Numbered from the stretch's first letter, positions 10,594 to 20,479 are shown. The stretch is DNA of 64,000 nucleotides from an uncultured Bacteroidota bacterium (GCA_903837285.1 CAILUD010000009.1:3284-67283), one strand, 5' to 3'. Made by a program: numbers and translations. Notes: generated from the sequence alone by a model not told the origin.

Positions 10594-12234
10594 TTAAAAA
10601 CTTGAACTTAATGCTAAAATAAATCCGTTTGATGCAGGCACACTTCTGCAAACTCCTCCCACACACATTATCCCCTGACGTTGTCTGCCATATCCAATTT
10701 GAATGCGATTACTACCTTTTGCATATGTAATAGCAGCAGTATAATAATGGAGTTGCATTTCTTTGTCTTCATTTCCATAATTATATTGATCAGATAATGA
10801 GAAAAACCATTTTGGTGCTATAGAATATTCTGCCTGTAACATTAGCCAGTTTCCCATATCCTGTTCGGTAAAAAGTGCTCCTAATTCAATATGAATGGCA
10901 TTTTTATCATTTATTTTATAAAGCATATCTGCAATACCTGCATTTCCATAAACAGTGCCATGCCCTTTTCTTAACACATAAGAATTATAAATCAGGTTTT
11001 GATAAATAAAATTTCCACTAAATCTTTTCGAGAATTTTTTATTTATTTCAATATTAAAATCCTGAAAATATAATTCGTTTCCTGGCGTAAAAAATTCTGA
11101 TTCATAACCTAAAGTTCCGGATACACCAATTACAGAAGTATCTGAAGGAGCCGATTTATCAATACTATTTAATCTGCTAAAGTTTATAGAAATATTTGTT
11201 CCGTATTTACCACCTAACAAAGTTGTTTTTTTAAATTTATACATTAGTTCTGCTCCACCACCCATTTCGCCGTTTGACTGAGTTGCATAAGGATAAAAAT
11301 TCAAAAAAGAATAGGTATAAGATTTTGTAAGTATTGGTAAATAATTAATATTCAAGTCAATTAAACCAGCATTTCTATTTGACCGAAAAGCCATATTATC
11401 AACTCTTTTAGCATTAAGCAAAACTCCAAAACCTTTTTTTGAAAAACTTGTACTAATTAATAATGCTTCGCCTGGTTTATATATGTATAGATTATCGGCT
11501 GACGGGTCATTTATTTTGTATGCGTACTCGGTGTTAAAATTAATTGCACCTCTTGTAATATTCATTCTTGCTGCCCATGCGCCAACATTTTCGGGAAGTT
11601 TATACAATGGATCTTTATCGGCTTGATATTTACTTACAAAACTACCACCCAAAATAATCTGAGTTTTACTTTCGCTCATAAACTGCAATAATTCATTTGT
11701 ATTTATTTCGCCATCAACTCCCCTAACAATGCCAGGGCCTTTATCAAAAAAGAATCTTTGTTTCCCTACTAATCCTTTTACAGAAACCCCTTTATAAATT
11801 TGATATTTAACTCTTACTCCATCAAAAGCATTATCATATCCCAATCCTTTTTCTTCATATGCTCTAAGAATTAATCCATTTCCAAACTGATCGTAAAAAC
11901 TTCCGGCAGTCACTTCAAGTTCATCAGCCTTGTAAGTTAAAAAACGATATGGAATGCCATTTCCATTGTATCTGGAATCGTATCCTGACAATGTATTCAT
12001 ATATGCTTCGTATCTTATTCCGGCAGTAAAATTACCTTTAGAATAAGTTAAGTTAGCATAGGCATTAAGAAGCATTTTTTCAGGGATTTTTGGTGCACTA
12101 ATTAAACTATCTTCTTTATAAGTTTGCATGTCAACCTGAAAATTTCCATGCAATTGACCTTCGTTATTTGTTTGTGCCTGAGAATAAATAGAAATTAAAA
12201 TAAAAACAGGAACAAAAATATTTTTAAATCGCAT
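10594..12234 (-). CDS. Predicted outer-membrane beta-barrel (porin-like) protein
   Basis: Signal peptide (FILISIYSQAQ), aromatic/Gly-rich alternating strand pattern throughout, and a C-terminal ...LALSSSF ending in Phe as is typical of OMPs. Confidence 0.55.
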   Translation of the reverse strand: MRFKNIFVPVFILISIYSQAQTNNEGQLHGNFQVDMQTYKEDSLISAPKIPEKMLLNAYANLTYSKGNFTAGIRYEAYMNTLSGYDSRYNGNGIPYRFLTYKADELEVTAGSFYDQFGNGLILRAYEEKGLGYDNAFDGVRVKYQIYKGVSVKGLVGKQRFFFDKGPGIVRGVDGEINTNELLQFMSESKTQIILGGSFVSKYQADKDPLYKLPENVGAWAARMNITRGAINFNTEYAYKINDPSADNLYIYKPGEALLISTSFSKKGFGVLLNAKRVDNMAFRSNRNAGLIDLNINYLPILTKSYTYSFLNFYPYATQSNGEMGGGAELMYKFKKTTLLGGKYGTNISINFSRLNSIDKSAPSDTSVIGVSGTLGYESEFFTPGNELYFQDFNIEINKKFSKRFSGNFIYQNLIYNSYVLRKGHGTVYGNAGIADMLYKINDKNAIHIELGALFTEQDMGNWLMLQAEYSIAPKWFFSLSDQYNYGNEDKEMQLHYYTAAITYAKGSNRIQIGYGRQRQGIMCVGGVCRSVPASNGFILALSSSF

Positions 12235-12242
12235 TTGAAAAA

Positions 12243-12758
12243 TTATTCGTTAATTTTTTCTCCTTTTGCAAGCTTCTTAATTTTCTCATAAATAAGATCT
12301 TCATCTCCTTCTGCATATGTTGTGTGCTGATAAACCACATTTCCTGAGGCATCAATTAAAAAAGTATGTGGTACATTAATTACATTAATTGCACGCTTAA
12401 AATCGCTGTTTGCATCTAATAATACAACATATTCCCAACCTTTTCCATTAACAAAAGGTGATACTCTGTTCATACTTTTCGAATCGTCGATTGAAACTGC
12501 ATAAAGTTTTACACCAGTTTCGGTTTGCCAATCCTGATATTTTTCTGCAATTGCAGAAAGTTCCATTACACAAGGCTTACACCATGTTGCCCAAAAGCTT
12601 ATTATTATTGGCTTTCCGTCATTTTTTATTTCTGATGTATTAAACTTTTTACCATCCATTGTTTTAACATCAACATTTGGTAATTTAAATTCATTTGTTT
12701 GAGCAATAGAATAATTAACAACAAACAAGGCAAATAAAGCAAAAAAGATTGTTTTCAT
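12243..12758 (-). CDS. TlpA/ResA-like periplasmic thiol-disulfide oxidoreductase
   Basis: Signal peptide and thioredoxin motif FWATWCKPC. Confidence 0.85.
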   Translation of the reverse strand: MKTIFFALFALFVVNYSIAQTNEFKLPNVDVKTMDGKKFNTSEIKNDGKPIIISFWATWCKPCVMELSAIAEKYQDWQTETGVKLYAVSIDDSKSMNRVSPFVNGKGWEYVVLLDANSDFKRAINVINVPHTFLIDASGNVVYQHTTYAEGDEDLIYEKIKKLAKGEKINE

Positions 12759-12774
12759 AGTATTATTTTAAAAA

Positions 12775-12820
12775 GAAATCAGTAACCCGGTGGCAAAGAT
12801 TGCTCCAAATTACTGATTTC
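12775..12820 (-). terminator. Intra-cluster stem-loop followed by a T-run (possible partial terminator or processing site)
   Basis: Perfect 11-bp stem gaaatcagtaa / ttactgatttc with a 24-nt loop. On the minus strand it is followed by TTTTT, 17 nt before the tlpA-like start. Confidence 0.4.
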
Positions 12821-12841
12821 AAAAATTAAAGAACTAAAAAA

Positions 12842-14815
12842 TTATCTTGCTAAAACAATATTTCTAGTAGCAACATTATTTTCATTAGTTATTCTTGCAA
12901 AATAACTACCATTTGCTAATGAAGAAAGGTCTAATTGTTCATTATTAGAAACAATAGATTTTGAGTACACTAAATTACCTAGCATGTCAAAAATTTCAAT
13001 TGAAGAATTTTCTGCGTTTGTTAGATACATTGTTCCATTTGATGGATTTGGAAATAAATTAATTGCAGCATCTCTCGTTGGATTTTCAAAGCCAGTAATA
13101 TTTCCTGTTACATTAATATCATCAACAAAAGCATTATTTCCATAATCACTTGTTGCTCTGATACGGATCAGAACATCTGTTAAACCATTATAAGCAGCTA
13201 AATCAACAGTTTCTTGTCTCCATTCCGTAGATGTTGGAGTTGTAAATGCTGCTGTTCCCATTGCAGCACCTGTAGTAAGAGCAGATCCTGATTTAACCCA
13301 TTTTTGAATCCATGTTGTACCGCAATTAGTTGAAACATCTACTTCTAATTTGTCAAGTTCTGCAGTAGCACTATATGCTCTATGTGCCACCCAAAATGTC
13401 ATTGTTGAACCAGTTGTATTTGTAAAATCAGCTTTTGGCAAAATTAAATCATCAATTTTTCCTGAAGCAATGTTATAAAAATCTATAAATGCAGAACCAG
13501 CTGCTGTATGACCAGCTGTTCTTCTAGCCCAGTTTAAACCATCAGCAGAAGCATCAACTATTGCATAGTTTAATGGAGGGAAAGTTGTGCTAGTAAAGTT
13601 TTGAGTTAAAGGAGTAACTGTTGAACTTGAAAATACCGCAAAACTACTTGAATAAGAGTCATTTAACAAATTCCAATCAGTATTACCATTTGGAACACTT
13701 GAAGAAATTGTTAAAGTATGAGATCCATTCCCTGTAGAAGTTACAGAAGGAAGAGCTACAGTTGCTGTTGCACCTGTTGCTAAAGAACCAGTCCAGTTAT
13801 ACGTTGCAGGAGTTCCGCCATCAACACTATAAGAAATAGTTGCAGATGTAAGAGTTGTGGTTCCTGCATTTTTTAAAGTAGCAGTTGGAGCAAAAGTGCC
13901 AGTACAAGTATAAACAGGTACACCAGTAATTGCAGTAACAGAGGCATCAAATGAAGGCTGATTTACTGCCTTAGCATCTGCACTTAATACTTCTTGATTT
14001 CCTTCTGTTACAAAAGCAACAATTTCCAATTGTGGTATTTCAACACCAACACTTGTGTAACCAGCCGGTAAGGTATATGTAAAAGTTTGAGTAAAAAAAG
14101 TTCCTGCAGTAGTAGTTGGTATAGAAATTCCCCATTGACCAGTTATTAAATGCCTTAACATATGTTGATGTAAATATTTTCCATCAGAAGTAACCATTGT
14201 AGGGTTAAAAACAGAACCATTTGATTGTGGTCCTTTTACATTATTTTGACAAATAGCAACATTTAATTTATTTGTTGTTGCAGTGCTGTTTGCAGTATAA
14301 TACACTTCTACTAAAACTGTTAATACACGTGTTGTATAATCAACTGTAGGGTTAATAGCAACGTTAACACATGATGTTTGACCTAAGATTGTTGCAGCAT
14401 CTGCATCCCAGAAATTTCTTGCTAATGCAGTATTAGTTCCATTATCACCAGATGCAGTCATTCCATGACCAAAAGCATGTCTATTAATAGTTCCTGCTGG
14501 ATAAGCAGGTACAACTGCCTGTGTAGAAAGAGCAGTACCAAATGATGTTCTGTAGTCAGGTTGACCTGAATTTGGTGCTGCAAAAGAACCTTCGTGTATT
14601 GCAATTGGAAAAAAGACTCCAGGATGAGCTACTTGAATATCATGAGCTATTTTATGTCCATCTGGACAATAGCCACAATTAATACCTGTATACTCTTCAA
14701 GAACAACCCTTTTATTCATAGGAGTTGTGCTAACAATTGTTTGAGCAATTATTCCAGTTGTGCTGAAAATCGTAGCCCCAAGAATTAAACTTTTAATTAC
14801 GTTGATTTTTTTCAT
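12842..14815 (-). CDS. T9SS-secreted surface protein: thioredoxin-like CGYC module, T/S/A-rich beta domains, type A sorting domain
   Basis: Motif EEYTGINCGYCPDGH (CGYC at nt 14666..14677). The C-terminus NLFPNPSNGTMYL...GSYFARI...NIVLAR is a T9SS CTD. ATG 14815 (MKKINVIKSLILG) is preferred over the track start at 14842. Confidence 0.7.
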   Translation of the reverse strand: MKKINVIKSLILGATIFSTTGIIAQTIVSTTPMNKRVVLEEYTGINCGYCPDGHKIAHDIQVAHPGVFFPIAIHEGSFAAPNSGQPDYRTSFGTALSTQAVVPAYPAGTINRHAFGHGMTASGDNGTNTALARNFWDADAATILGQTSCVNVAINPTVDYTTRVLTVLVEVYYTANSTATTNKLNVAICQNNVKGPQSNGSVFNPTMVTSDGKYLHQHMLRHLITGQWGISIPTTTAGTFFTQTFTYTLPAGYTSVGVEIPQLEIVAFVTEGNQEVLSADAKAVNQPSFDASVTAITGVPVYTCTGTFAPTATLKNAGTTTLTSATISYSVDGGTPATYNWTGSLATGATATVALPSVTSTGNGSHTLTISSSVPNGNTDWNLLNDSYSSSFAVFSSSTVTPLTQNFTSTTFPPLNYAIVDASADGLNWARRTAGHTAAGSAFIDFYNIASGKIDDLILPKADFTNTTGSTMTFWVAHRAYSATAELDKLEVDVSTNCGTTWIQKWVKSGSALTTGAAMGTAAFTTPTSTEWRQETVDLAAYNGLTDVLIRIRATSDYGNNAFVDDINVTGNITGFENPTRDAAINLFPNPSNGTMYLTNAENSSIEIFDMLGNLVYSKSIVSNNEQLDLSSLANGSYFARITNENNVATRNIVLAR

Positions 14816-14859
14816 AAGGTAAATCGATTTAGTGTGGTACAAATATAAAAATATTTTAG

Positions 14860-14867
14860 TAACTTTG
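14860..14867 (+). promoter_or_regulatory. -7 box TAACTTTG
   Basis: Exact TAnnTTTG match 83 nt upstream of ATG 14950. Confidence 0.35.
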
Positions 14868-14949
14868 TAAAGTAAAAATAAATATTTTGAAGTTTAAATC
14901 AAAATAATTATGAACATTAATAAATTGAAATTTTTTAAAACCACATAAT

Positions 14950-15684
14950 ATGAAAAAAGTTATACTCTCGTTATGTTTTGTTATAATTGGGTTATCGGTT
15001 TTTTCGCAAAGTCTTCGATTTTCAGTTGGAAGTGGAAGTCATTGTACTTTATTAAATTATGGTGATACTGTAATTGTACAGGATTCAGCACATTTTGGTG
15101 AAATAATTGCTGGTGTAAATGTAAAAAATACATCTTCGAATAGTTTAAATGTAATTTGCAGAAAAAGATATGTTTACAATGTACCAGGTACTGAAAATTA
15201 TTTTTGCTGGGCAGGAGGTTGCTTTCAACCTTCAACAATGGTATCACCATCTGCTTTTGCAATGGCAGCAGGAGATAGCACTACTGAGTTTACTTCTCAT
15301 TACAGTCCTAATGGCAATGGAGGAATAACGGTAGTTAGATTTACTTTTTATGATTCACACACAACAAGCGATAGCGGGTATTTCTTTATTAAATATATTG
15401 GAGTATTAGGTGTAAATGACAATATTTTAGCGTATTCCATCTCTTCACCATATCCAAATCCAGCTAAAGATATTACACATATTAAATATAATGTGAATGT
15501 AAATTCTAAAGCATATATTCAAATTTATAACATCTGTGGTAAAATCGAGAAACAGGTTTATTTAACTGACAATAACGGAATTCTTGATTTGAATGTATCA
15601 AACTTACCTTCAGGAATTTATTTCTGCTCCTTAAACATTAACGGTAAAGCAGTAAGAACAAATAAACTGATAGTTTCACATTAA
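14950..15684 (+). CDS. Small T9SS cargo protein of unknown function
   Basis: Signal peptide and C-terminal sorting domain YPNPAKDITHIKY...LPSGIYFCSLNINGKAVRTNKLIVSH. Confidence 0.7.
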   Translation: MKKVILSLCFVIIGLSVFSQSLRFSVGSGSHCTLLNYGDTVIVQDSAHFGEIIAGVNVKNTSSNSLNVICRKRYVYNVPGTENYFCWAGGCFQPSTMVSPSAFAMAAGDSTTEFTSHYSPNGNGGITVVRFTFYDSHTTSDSGYFFIKYIGVLGVNDNILAYSISSPYPNPAKDITHIKYNVNVNSKAYIQIYNICGKIEKQVYLTDNNGILDLNVSNLPSGIYFCSLNINGKAVRTNKLIVSH

Positions 15685-16367
15685 TATTTTTGTGATATCA
15701 ATATTTCAGCCAGCCTGGTAACCCCAGTGCTGGCTTTTTCTTTTATAATAGTTACTTTTCTATAACAATTAACATCATTCGGATCAATTAAAAAGATTGG
15801 GATATTTGGCTTAACATAATTTAATAAACCGGCAGCAGGATAAACATTTAAAGAAGTTCCAACTACAGCAAGAATATCTGCTTTTTCAGTTATTCTTATT
15901 GCTTGTTCCATCATAGGAACTGCTTCGCCAAACCAAACAATAAATGGTCTAAGTTGAAAACCTTTTTCGCATAAATCGCCTTTTTTTAAATCCCAGCTTT
16001 CCATTTTATAAACTAGAGAAGAATCTCCTGTACTCATCGATTTATTAAGCTCGCCATGTAAATGAAGAATATTTTTACTACCCGCACGCTCATGCAAATC
16101 ATCAACATTTTGAGTAATAATTTGAATATCATAATCTTTTTCGAGTTCAGCTAATTTATAATGTGCTTCGTTAGGTTTACATTCCAATAACTGCTTTCGG
16201 CGCTGATTGTAGAAATCTAAAACTAATTCCATATTATTTTCCCATCCCTGCGGGCTAGCCACTTCTTCGATATCGTATTCTTCCCACAAACCACCCATAT
16301 CGCGAAAAGTCTTAATACCACTTTCGGCACTTATACCAGCTCCGGTTAGAACCACAAGTTTTTTCAT
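15681..16367 (-). CDS. cobB: Sir2-family NAD-dependent protein deacylase
   Basis: Motifs GAGISAESGIKTFRD, QNVDDLHERAG, HLHGE and VVGTS. Confidence 0.85.
   Translation of the reverse strand: MKKLVVLTGAGISAESGIKTFRDMGGLWEEYDIEEVASPQGWENNMELVLDFYNQRRKQLLECKPNEAHYKLAELEKDYDIQIITQNVDDLHERAGSKNILHLHGELNKSMSTGDSSLVYKMESWDLKKGDLCEKGFQLRPFIVWFGEAVPMMEQAIRITEKADILAVVGTSLNVYPAAGLLNYVKPNIPIFLIDPNDVNCYRKVTIIKEKASTGVTRLAEILISQKY
15708..15740 (+). terminator. Intrinsic terminator of the 14950 gene, embedded in the 3' coding end of the convergent sirtuin gene
   Basis: 7-bp GC-rich stem agccagc / gctggct (15708-14 / 15729-35) with the T-run tttttcttttat. Confidence 0.5.
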
Positions 16368-16484
16368 CTTTATATATTAATTTAGTTAGTTAATTTGATT
16401 TTTATTCAACCAGAGAATAAATTGAACTACCTAGAAATAAGCACACTACAGACAAACAATCTTAAAACATAGATTCTTCACTTC

Positions 16485-16498
16485 TCCGCCGCGGCGGA
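16485..16498. repeat. Perfect 14-nt GC palindrome TCCGCCGCGGCGGA in an AT-rich divergent intergenic region
   Basis: Read directly. The flanks ttc / gaa extend the pairing with a 2-nt bulge. Confidence 0.9.
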
Positions 16499-16586
16499 CA
16501 GAATGACAAAATGTAATGAATTTTAAAATTAATGATTTTGTTAATTAGTTTATACGAAAATTCTTTATTCTACATTTTAGTTTTAA

Positions 16587-16594
16587 TACTTTTG
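16587..16594 (+). promoter_or_regulatory. -7 box TACTTTTG
   Basis: Exact match 21 nt upstream of the dnaG TTG start. Confidence 0.4.
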
Positions 16595-16614
16595 AAGTAT
16601 AAAAAAAATAAGCA

Positions 16615-18579
16615 TTGATTGACGAAATTACCATACAACGAATTATTGATACATCGCGCATAGACGAGGTAGTTTCGGAATTTGTAAACCTAAAAAAACG
16701 TGGTTCAAATTATATTGGATTATGCCCATTTCATAACGAAAAATCTCCTTCATTTTCTGTCTCGCCGGTAAAAGGAATTTACAAATGCTTTGGTTGTGGA
16801 AAAGCTGGAAATGCAGTAAATTTTTTGATGGATCATGATCACATGCTTTATCCTGATGCATTAAGATGGCTGGCAAAAAAATACAATATTGAAATTCACG
16901 AAAAAGAAATTTCTGTTGAGGAAATTGCAAAACGTGACGAACGCGAAAGCTTATTTGTAGCCACAACATTTGCTCATGAATTTTTCACAAACACAATACA
17001 AAAAACTGAGGAAGGTAAAGCTGTTGGGCTAGCTTATTTTCATGAAAGAAATTTTCGTGATGATATTATTAAAAAATTCGAACTTGGATATTCGCCGGAT
17101 AAAGCCACAACATTCTACAATCATGCAATAAAAAGCGGCTATAAACCAGAATTTCTTTTAAAAGCAGGGTTAATAAACAAAGGAAATTTTGATTCATTTA
17201 GCGGAAGAGTAATTTTTCCAATTCATAATTTAAGTGGAAGAGTTGTTGGATTTACAGGTAGAATTTTAAATAAAGAAAAAAGTCCTGCAAAATATTATAA
17301 CAGTCCAGAATCTGAGATTTTTCACAAAGGGAAAATTCTATTTGGGCTGTACCTGGCAAAAAAATCAATTGCCGAAAAAGATAGATGCTATTTAGTTGAA
17401 GGCAACGCAGATGTTGTATCAATGCACCAATCGGGTATTGAAAATTGCGTAGCCTCCTCAGGAACAGCTCTTTCTGTAGATCAAATTGCACTTATTAAGC
17501 GATTCACAAAAAACATAACATTACTTTACGATAGCGACCCGGCTGGAATAAAAGCTGCAATAAGAGGTATTGATTTGCTATTAGAAGAAGGAATGCATAT
17601 TAAAGTTGTATTACTTCCCGAAGGTGAAGACCCCGATTCTTTTGCACAATCACATAGCCAGGCCGAGCTTTTTGAATTTTTAAATAAAGAAGAAAAAGAT
17701 TTTTTCGCATTTAAAACTACCGTTTTATTAAAAGACGCCGGGAAAGATCCTGTAAAAAGAAGTGAAGTATTAAATGATATAGTTAAAAGTCTTGCACTTA
17801 TACCAGATAATATTTTACGATCGCTATACATTAAAGATTGTAGCAGGCTTTTAAAAATTGAAGAACAACTTTTACACAGTGAGGTTGCAAAAAGAATTAT
17901 TGGAAAAAGAACCGAATACTCTTCAAACGTCAGACCATCAGATATAATTGGCAATAGCCCTGAGACTCCAAAAATTTCTTCAATTATCGACGATTTTTAT
18001 GCAGAGGAACAAGAATTTGAAATACTTAGATTAATTTTCTTATACGGAAACAGAGTTATTTATAAAGAGAAACAAGAAGATGATGAAATTGAGCAAACCG
18101 TAGTTAAATACGTTATTCAGGAACTAGTTAACGATGAATTAGAATTAAAAAACCTTGTAAATCATCGGATTTTCGAAATATTTTGTGAACAACTTAAAAG
18201 CTATGGATATATTGAACCCAAAGAATTAATATATCACACCGATGATGTTATTCAGGAACTTGCAGCCGACAGACTTAACACTCCATATTACAGAGCACAA
18301 ATTAAAGGTCAAAGCGACTTACTGTCAAAATATTACAAAAGAATTGGCATTCTTGTAAAAACCGAAGATGCTAAATTAAAAGATAGTTTACCAAGAGTAA
18401 TAATAAGATATAAAATAAAAATACTTGAACTTGTAAACAAAGACATCATCGACAAGCTATCAATGGCACAGGAAGTAAATGCCAGTCAGGAAATTATTGA
18501 TGATTTATTATTACAACACAACGAAAACAGAAAGATATTACAAGAGATGTATTCCATTTACGGGCAAGTTGTTAGGTAA
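16615..18579 (+). CDS. dnaG: DNA primase
   Basis: Zinc finger CPFHNEKSPSFSVSPVKGIYKCFGCG and a Toprim region (YLVEGNADV, LLYDSDPAG). The start codon is TTG. Confidence 0.95.
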   Translation: MIDEITIQRIIDTSRIDEVVSEFVNLKKRGSNYIGLCPFHNEKSPSFSVSPVKGIYKCFGCGKAGNAVNFLMDHDHMLYPDALRWLAKKYNIEIHEKEISVEEIAKRDERESLFVATTFAHEFFTNTIQKTEEGKAVGLAYFHERNFRDDIIKKFELGYSPDKATTFYNHAIKSGYKPEFLLKAGLINKGNFDSFSGRVIFPIHNLSGRVVGFTGRILNKEKSPAKYYNSPESEIFHKGKILFGLYLAKKSIAEKDRCYLVEGNADVVSMHQSGIENCVASSGTALSVDQIALIKRFTKNITLLYDSDPAGIKAAIRGIDLLLEEGMHIKVVLLPEGEDPDSFAQSHSQAELFEFLNKEEKDFFAFKTTVLLKDAGKDPVKRSEVLNDIVKSLALIPDNILRSLYIKDCSRLLKIEEQLLHSEVAKRIIGKRTEYSSNVRPSDIIGNSPETPKISSIIDDFYAEEQEFEILRLIFLYGNRVIYKEKQEDDEIEQTVVKYVIQELVNDELELKNLVNHRIFEIFCEQLKSYGYIEPKELIYHTDDVIQELAADRLNTPYYRAQIKGQSDLLSKYYKRIGILVKTEDAKLKDSLPRVIIRYKIKILELVNKDIIDKLSMAQEVNASQEIIDDLLLQHNENRKILQEMYSIYGQVVR

Positions 18580-18643
18580 CAACGATTACTGATTATAAAT
18601 TAAAAATTCAAGCTTTTAACTTTATAGCTTTCTTACTTAAAAC

Positions 18644-20479
18644 TTATTCTACAGTTACTGATTTCGCTAAATTTCTTGGCTGATCTACATTACAACCTCT
18701 TAACACTGCAATATAATATGATAATAACTGCAAAGGTATAACAGCTAGCAAAGGAGTAAGAGCTTCATCGGTTAATGGCACTTCCATAACATGATCTGCC
18801 AGACCTTTTATTACTGTATCGCCTTCAGATACTACTGCAATTACAATTCCTTTACGAGCCTTAACTTCCTGAATATTCGAAACAATTTTTTCGTAGGATT
18901 TATCTTTCGTTGCAAGAACAAATACAGGCATATTTTGATCGATAAGTGCAATTGGTCCGTGTTTCATTTCTGCAGCAGGATAACCCTCAGCATGTATATA
19001 TGAAATTTCTTTTAATTTAAGTGCACCTTCTAATGCCACTGGAAATAAAAATCCTCTGCCAAGATACAAGCAGTTATTAGAGTTTTTATATAAATCTGCA
19101 ATTTTTTGAATTTCAGAAATATCCTTAAGAATAATGTCAATTTTACTTGGAATTTCGATTAAAGCCGAAACCAAACTCTGATATTCACTTTCAGAAATCA
19201 CTTTTCTCTCATGTCCCAAGAGCATTGCTATCATTGACAAAACAGTAACTTGAGCAGTAAATGCTTTTGTACTTGCAACTCCAATTTCTGGTCCAGCATG
19301 AGTGTATACACCAGCATGAGTTTCACGAGGAATACTTGAGCCTACAACATTACAAATTCCTATTACAGTTGCTCCCTGTTCTTTTGCAAGTTTTATTGCA
19401 GCTAATGTATCTGCAGTTTCACCACTTTGACTAATTGCTACAACAACATCATCAGGTAAAATTACAGGATTTCTATATCGAAACTCTGATGCATATTCAA
19501 CTTCAACAGGAATTCTGGCAAGCTCCTCAAATAAGTATTCGCCAACTAATCCAGCATGCCAAGAGGTTCCACAACCAATTATTATAATTCTTTTTGCATT
19601 AATAAGTTTATCCATTACATGAAATAAACCTCCAAGATGAATATTAAATGGGTTATGCGAAATTCGTCCTCTGAATGTATCTTCAATTGCTCTTGATTGT
19701 TCGAAAATTTCTTTTAGCATGAAATGATCAAAACCACCTTTTTCTATTTCACCAATATCTAAGTCTAAATTCTGAATAATAGGTGTAATTTTTACATTCA
19801 TTACTGTTTTGAATGTTATTTCATCACGACGAACTATTGCAACATCATTATCATTTAAATAAACTACTCTATTGGTATGTTCGATTATCGGAGTTGCATC
19901 GCTAGCAAAAAAATATTCTCCATCACCAACTCCTACAACCAAAGGACTACCTTTGCGAGCAGCAATTATCATATCTTCTTCATCTTTGCAGGTTACTAAA
20001 ATACCATACGCTCCAATTACTTTTGTAAGAGCTAACCTAACGGCTATTTCGGCAGTAACCTGACCTTTCATGTAAATGTACTCAATTAAATTTACAAGAA
20101 CTTCGGTATCAGTATCGCTAGTAAAAGTATATCCACGATCTTCTAGTTTACGTTTTAATCGCGAATAATTTTCAATTATACCATTATGAATTATAATAAA
20201 TAATCCATTCATCGAAACATGCGGGTGAGCATTTATATCGTTAGGTTCGCCATGGGTTGCCCACCTTGTATGGCCAATACCCACAGTTCCCGAAATATCC
20301 TTACCAATTACATAATTTTCTAAATCAGATACTTTTCCTTTGCATTTATAAACTCTGCTTTCGCCATTTAAAAGAGCAATTCCAGCAGAATCATAACCTC
20401 TGTATTCTAATCTTTTTAATCCTGCCAAAAGAATTGGATATGCATTTTTAGGTCCTATGTAGCCAACTATTCCGCACAT
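18644..20479 (-). CDS. glmS: Glutamine--fructose-6-phosphate aminotransferase
   Basis: N-terminal MCGIVGYIG, two SIS domains and C-terminal ...NLAKSVTVE. Confidence 0.95.
   Translation of the reverse strand: MCGIVGYIGPKNAYPILLAGLKRLEYRGYDSAGIALLNGESRVYKCKGKVSDLENYVIGKDISGTVGIGHTRWATHGEPNDINAHPHVSMNGLFIIIHNGIIENYSRLKRKLEDRGYTFTSDTDTEVLVNLIEYIYMKGQVTAEIAVRLALTKVIGAYGILVTCKDEEDMIIAARKGSPLVVGVGDGEYFFASDATPIIEHTNRVVYLNDNDVAIVRRDEITFKTVMNVKITPIIQNLDLDIGEIEKGGFDHFMLKEIFEQSRAIEDTFRGRISHNPFNIHLGGLFHVMDKLINAKRIIIIGCGTSWHAGLVGEYLFEELARIPVEVEYASEFRYRNPVILPDDVVVAISQSGETADTLAAIKLAKEQGATVIGICNVVGSSIPRETHAGVYTHAGPEIGVASTKAFTAQVTVLSMIAMLLGHERKVISESEYQSLVSALIEIPSKIDIILKDISEIQKIADLYKNSNNCLYLGRGFLFPVALEGALKLKEISYIHAEGYPAAEMKHGPIALIDQNMPVFVLATKDKSYEKIVSNIQEVKARKGIVIAVVSEGDTVIKGLADHVMEVPLTDEALTPLLAVIPLQLLSYYIAVLRGCNVDQPRNLAKSVTVE

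Noticed and set aside
15681-16367. Sir2 domain as an anti-phage defence effector (Thoeris or DSR-like)
   Set aside because: This is a short stand-alone protein with the full CobB-type deacylase motif set. It has no fused or adjacent sensor or partner genes and sits in a housekeeping context.
17526-17954. 142-aa minus-strand ORF. Similar cases are 38447..38827 (126 aa) and 62165..62518 (117 aa)
   Set aside because: Each lies fully inside a confidently assigned gene on the other strand (dnaG, gldM, C25 peptidase). They have no motifs and show the shadow-ORF pattern typical of AT-rich DNA.
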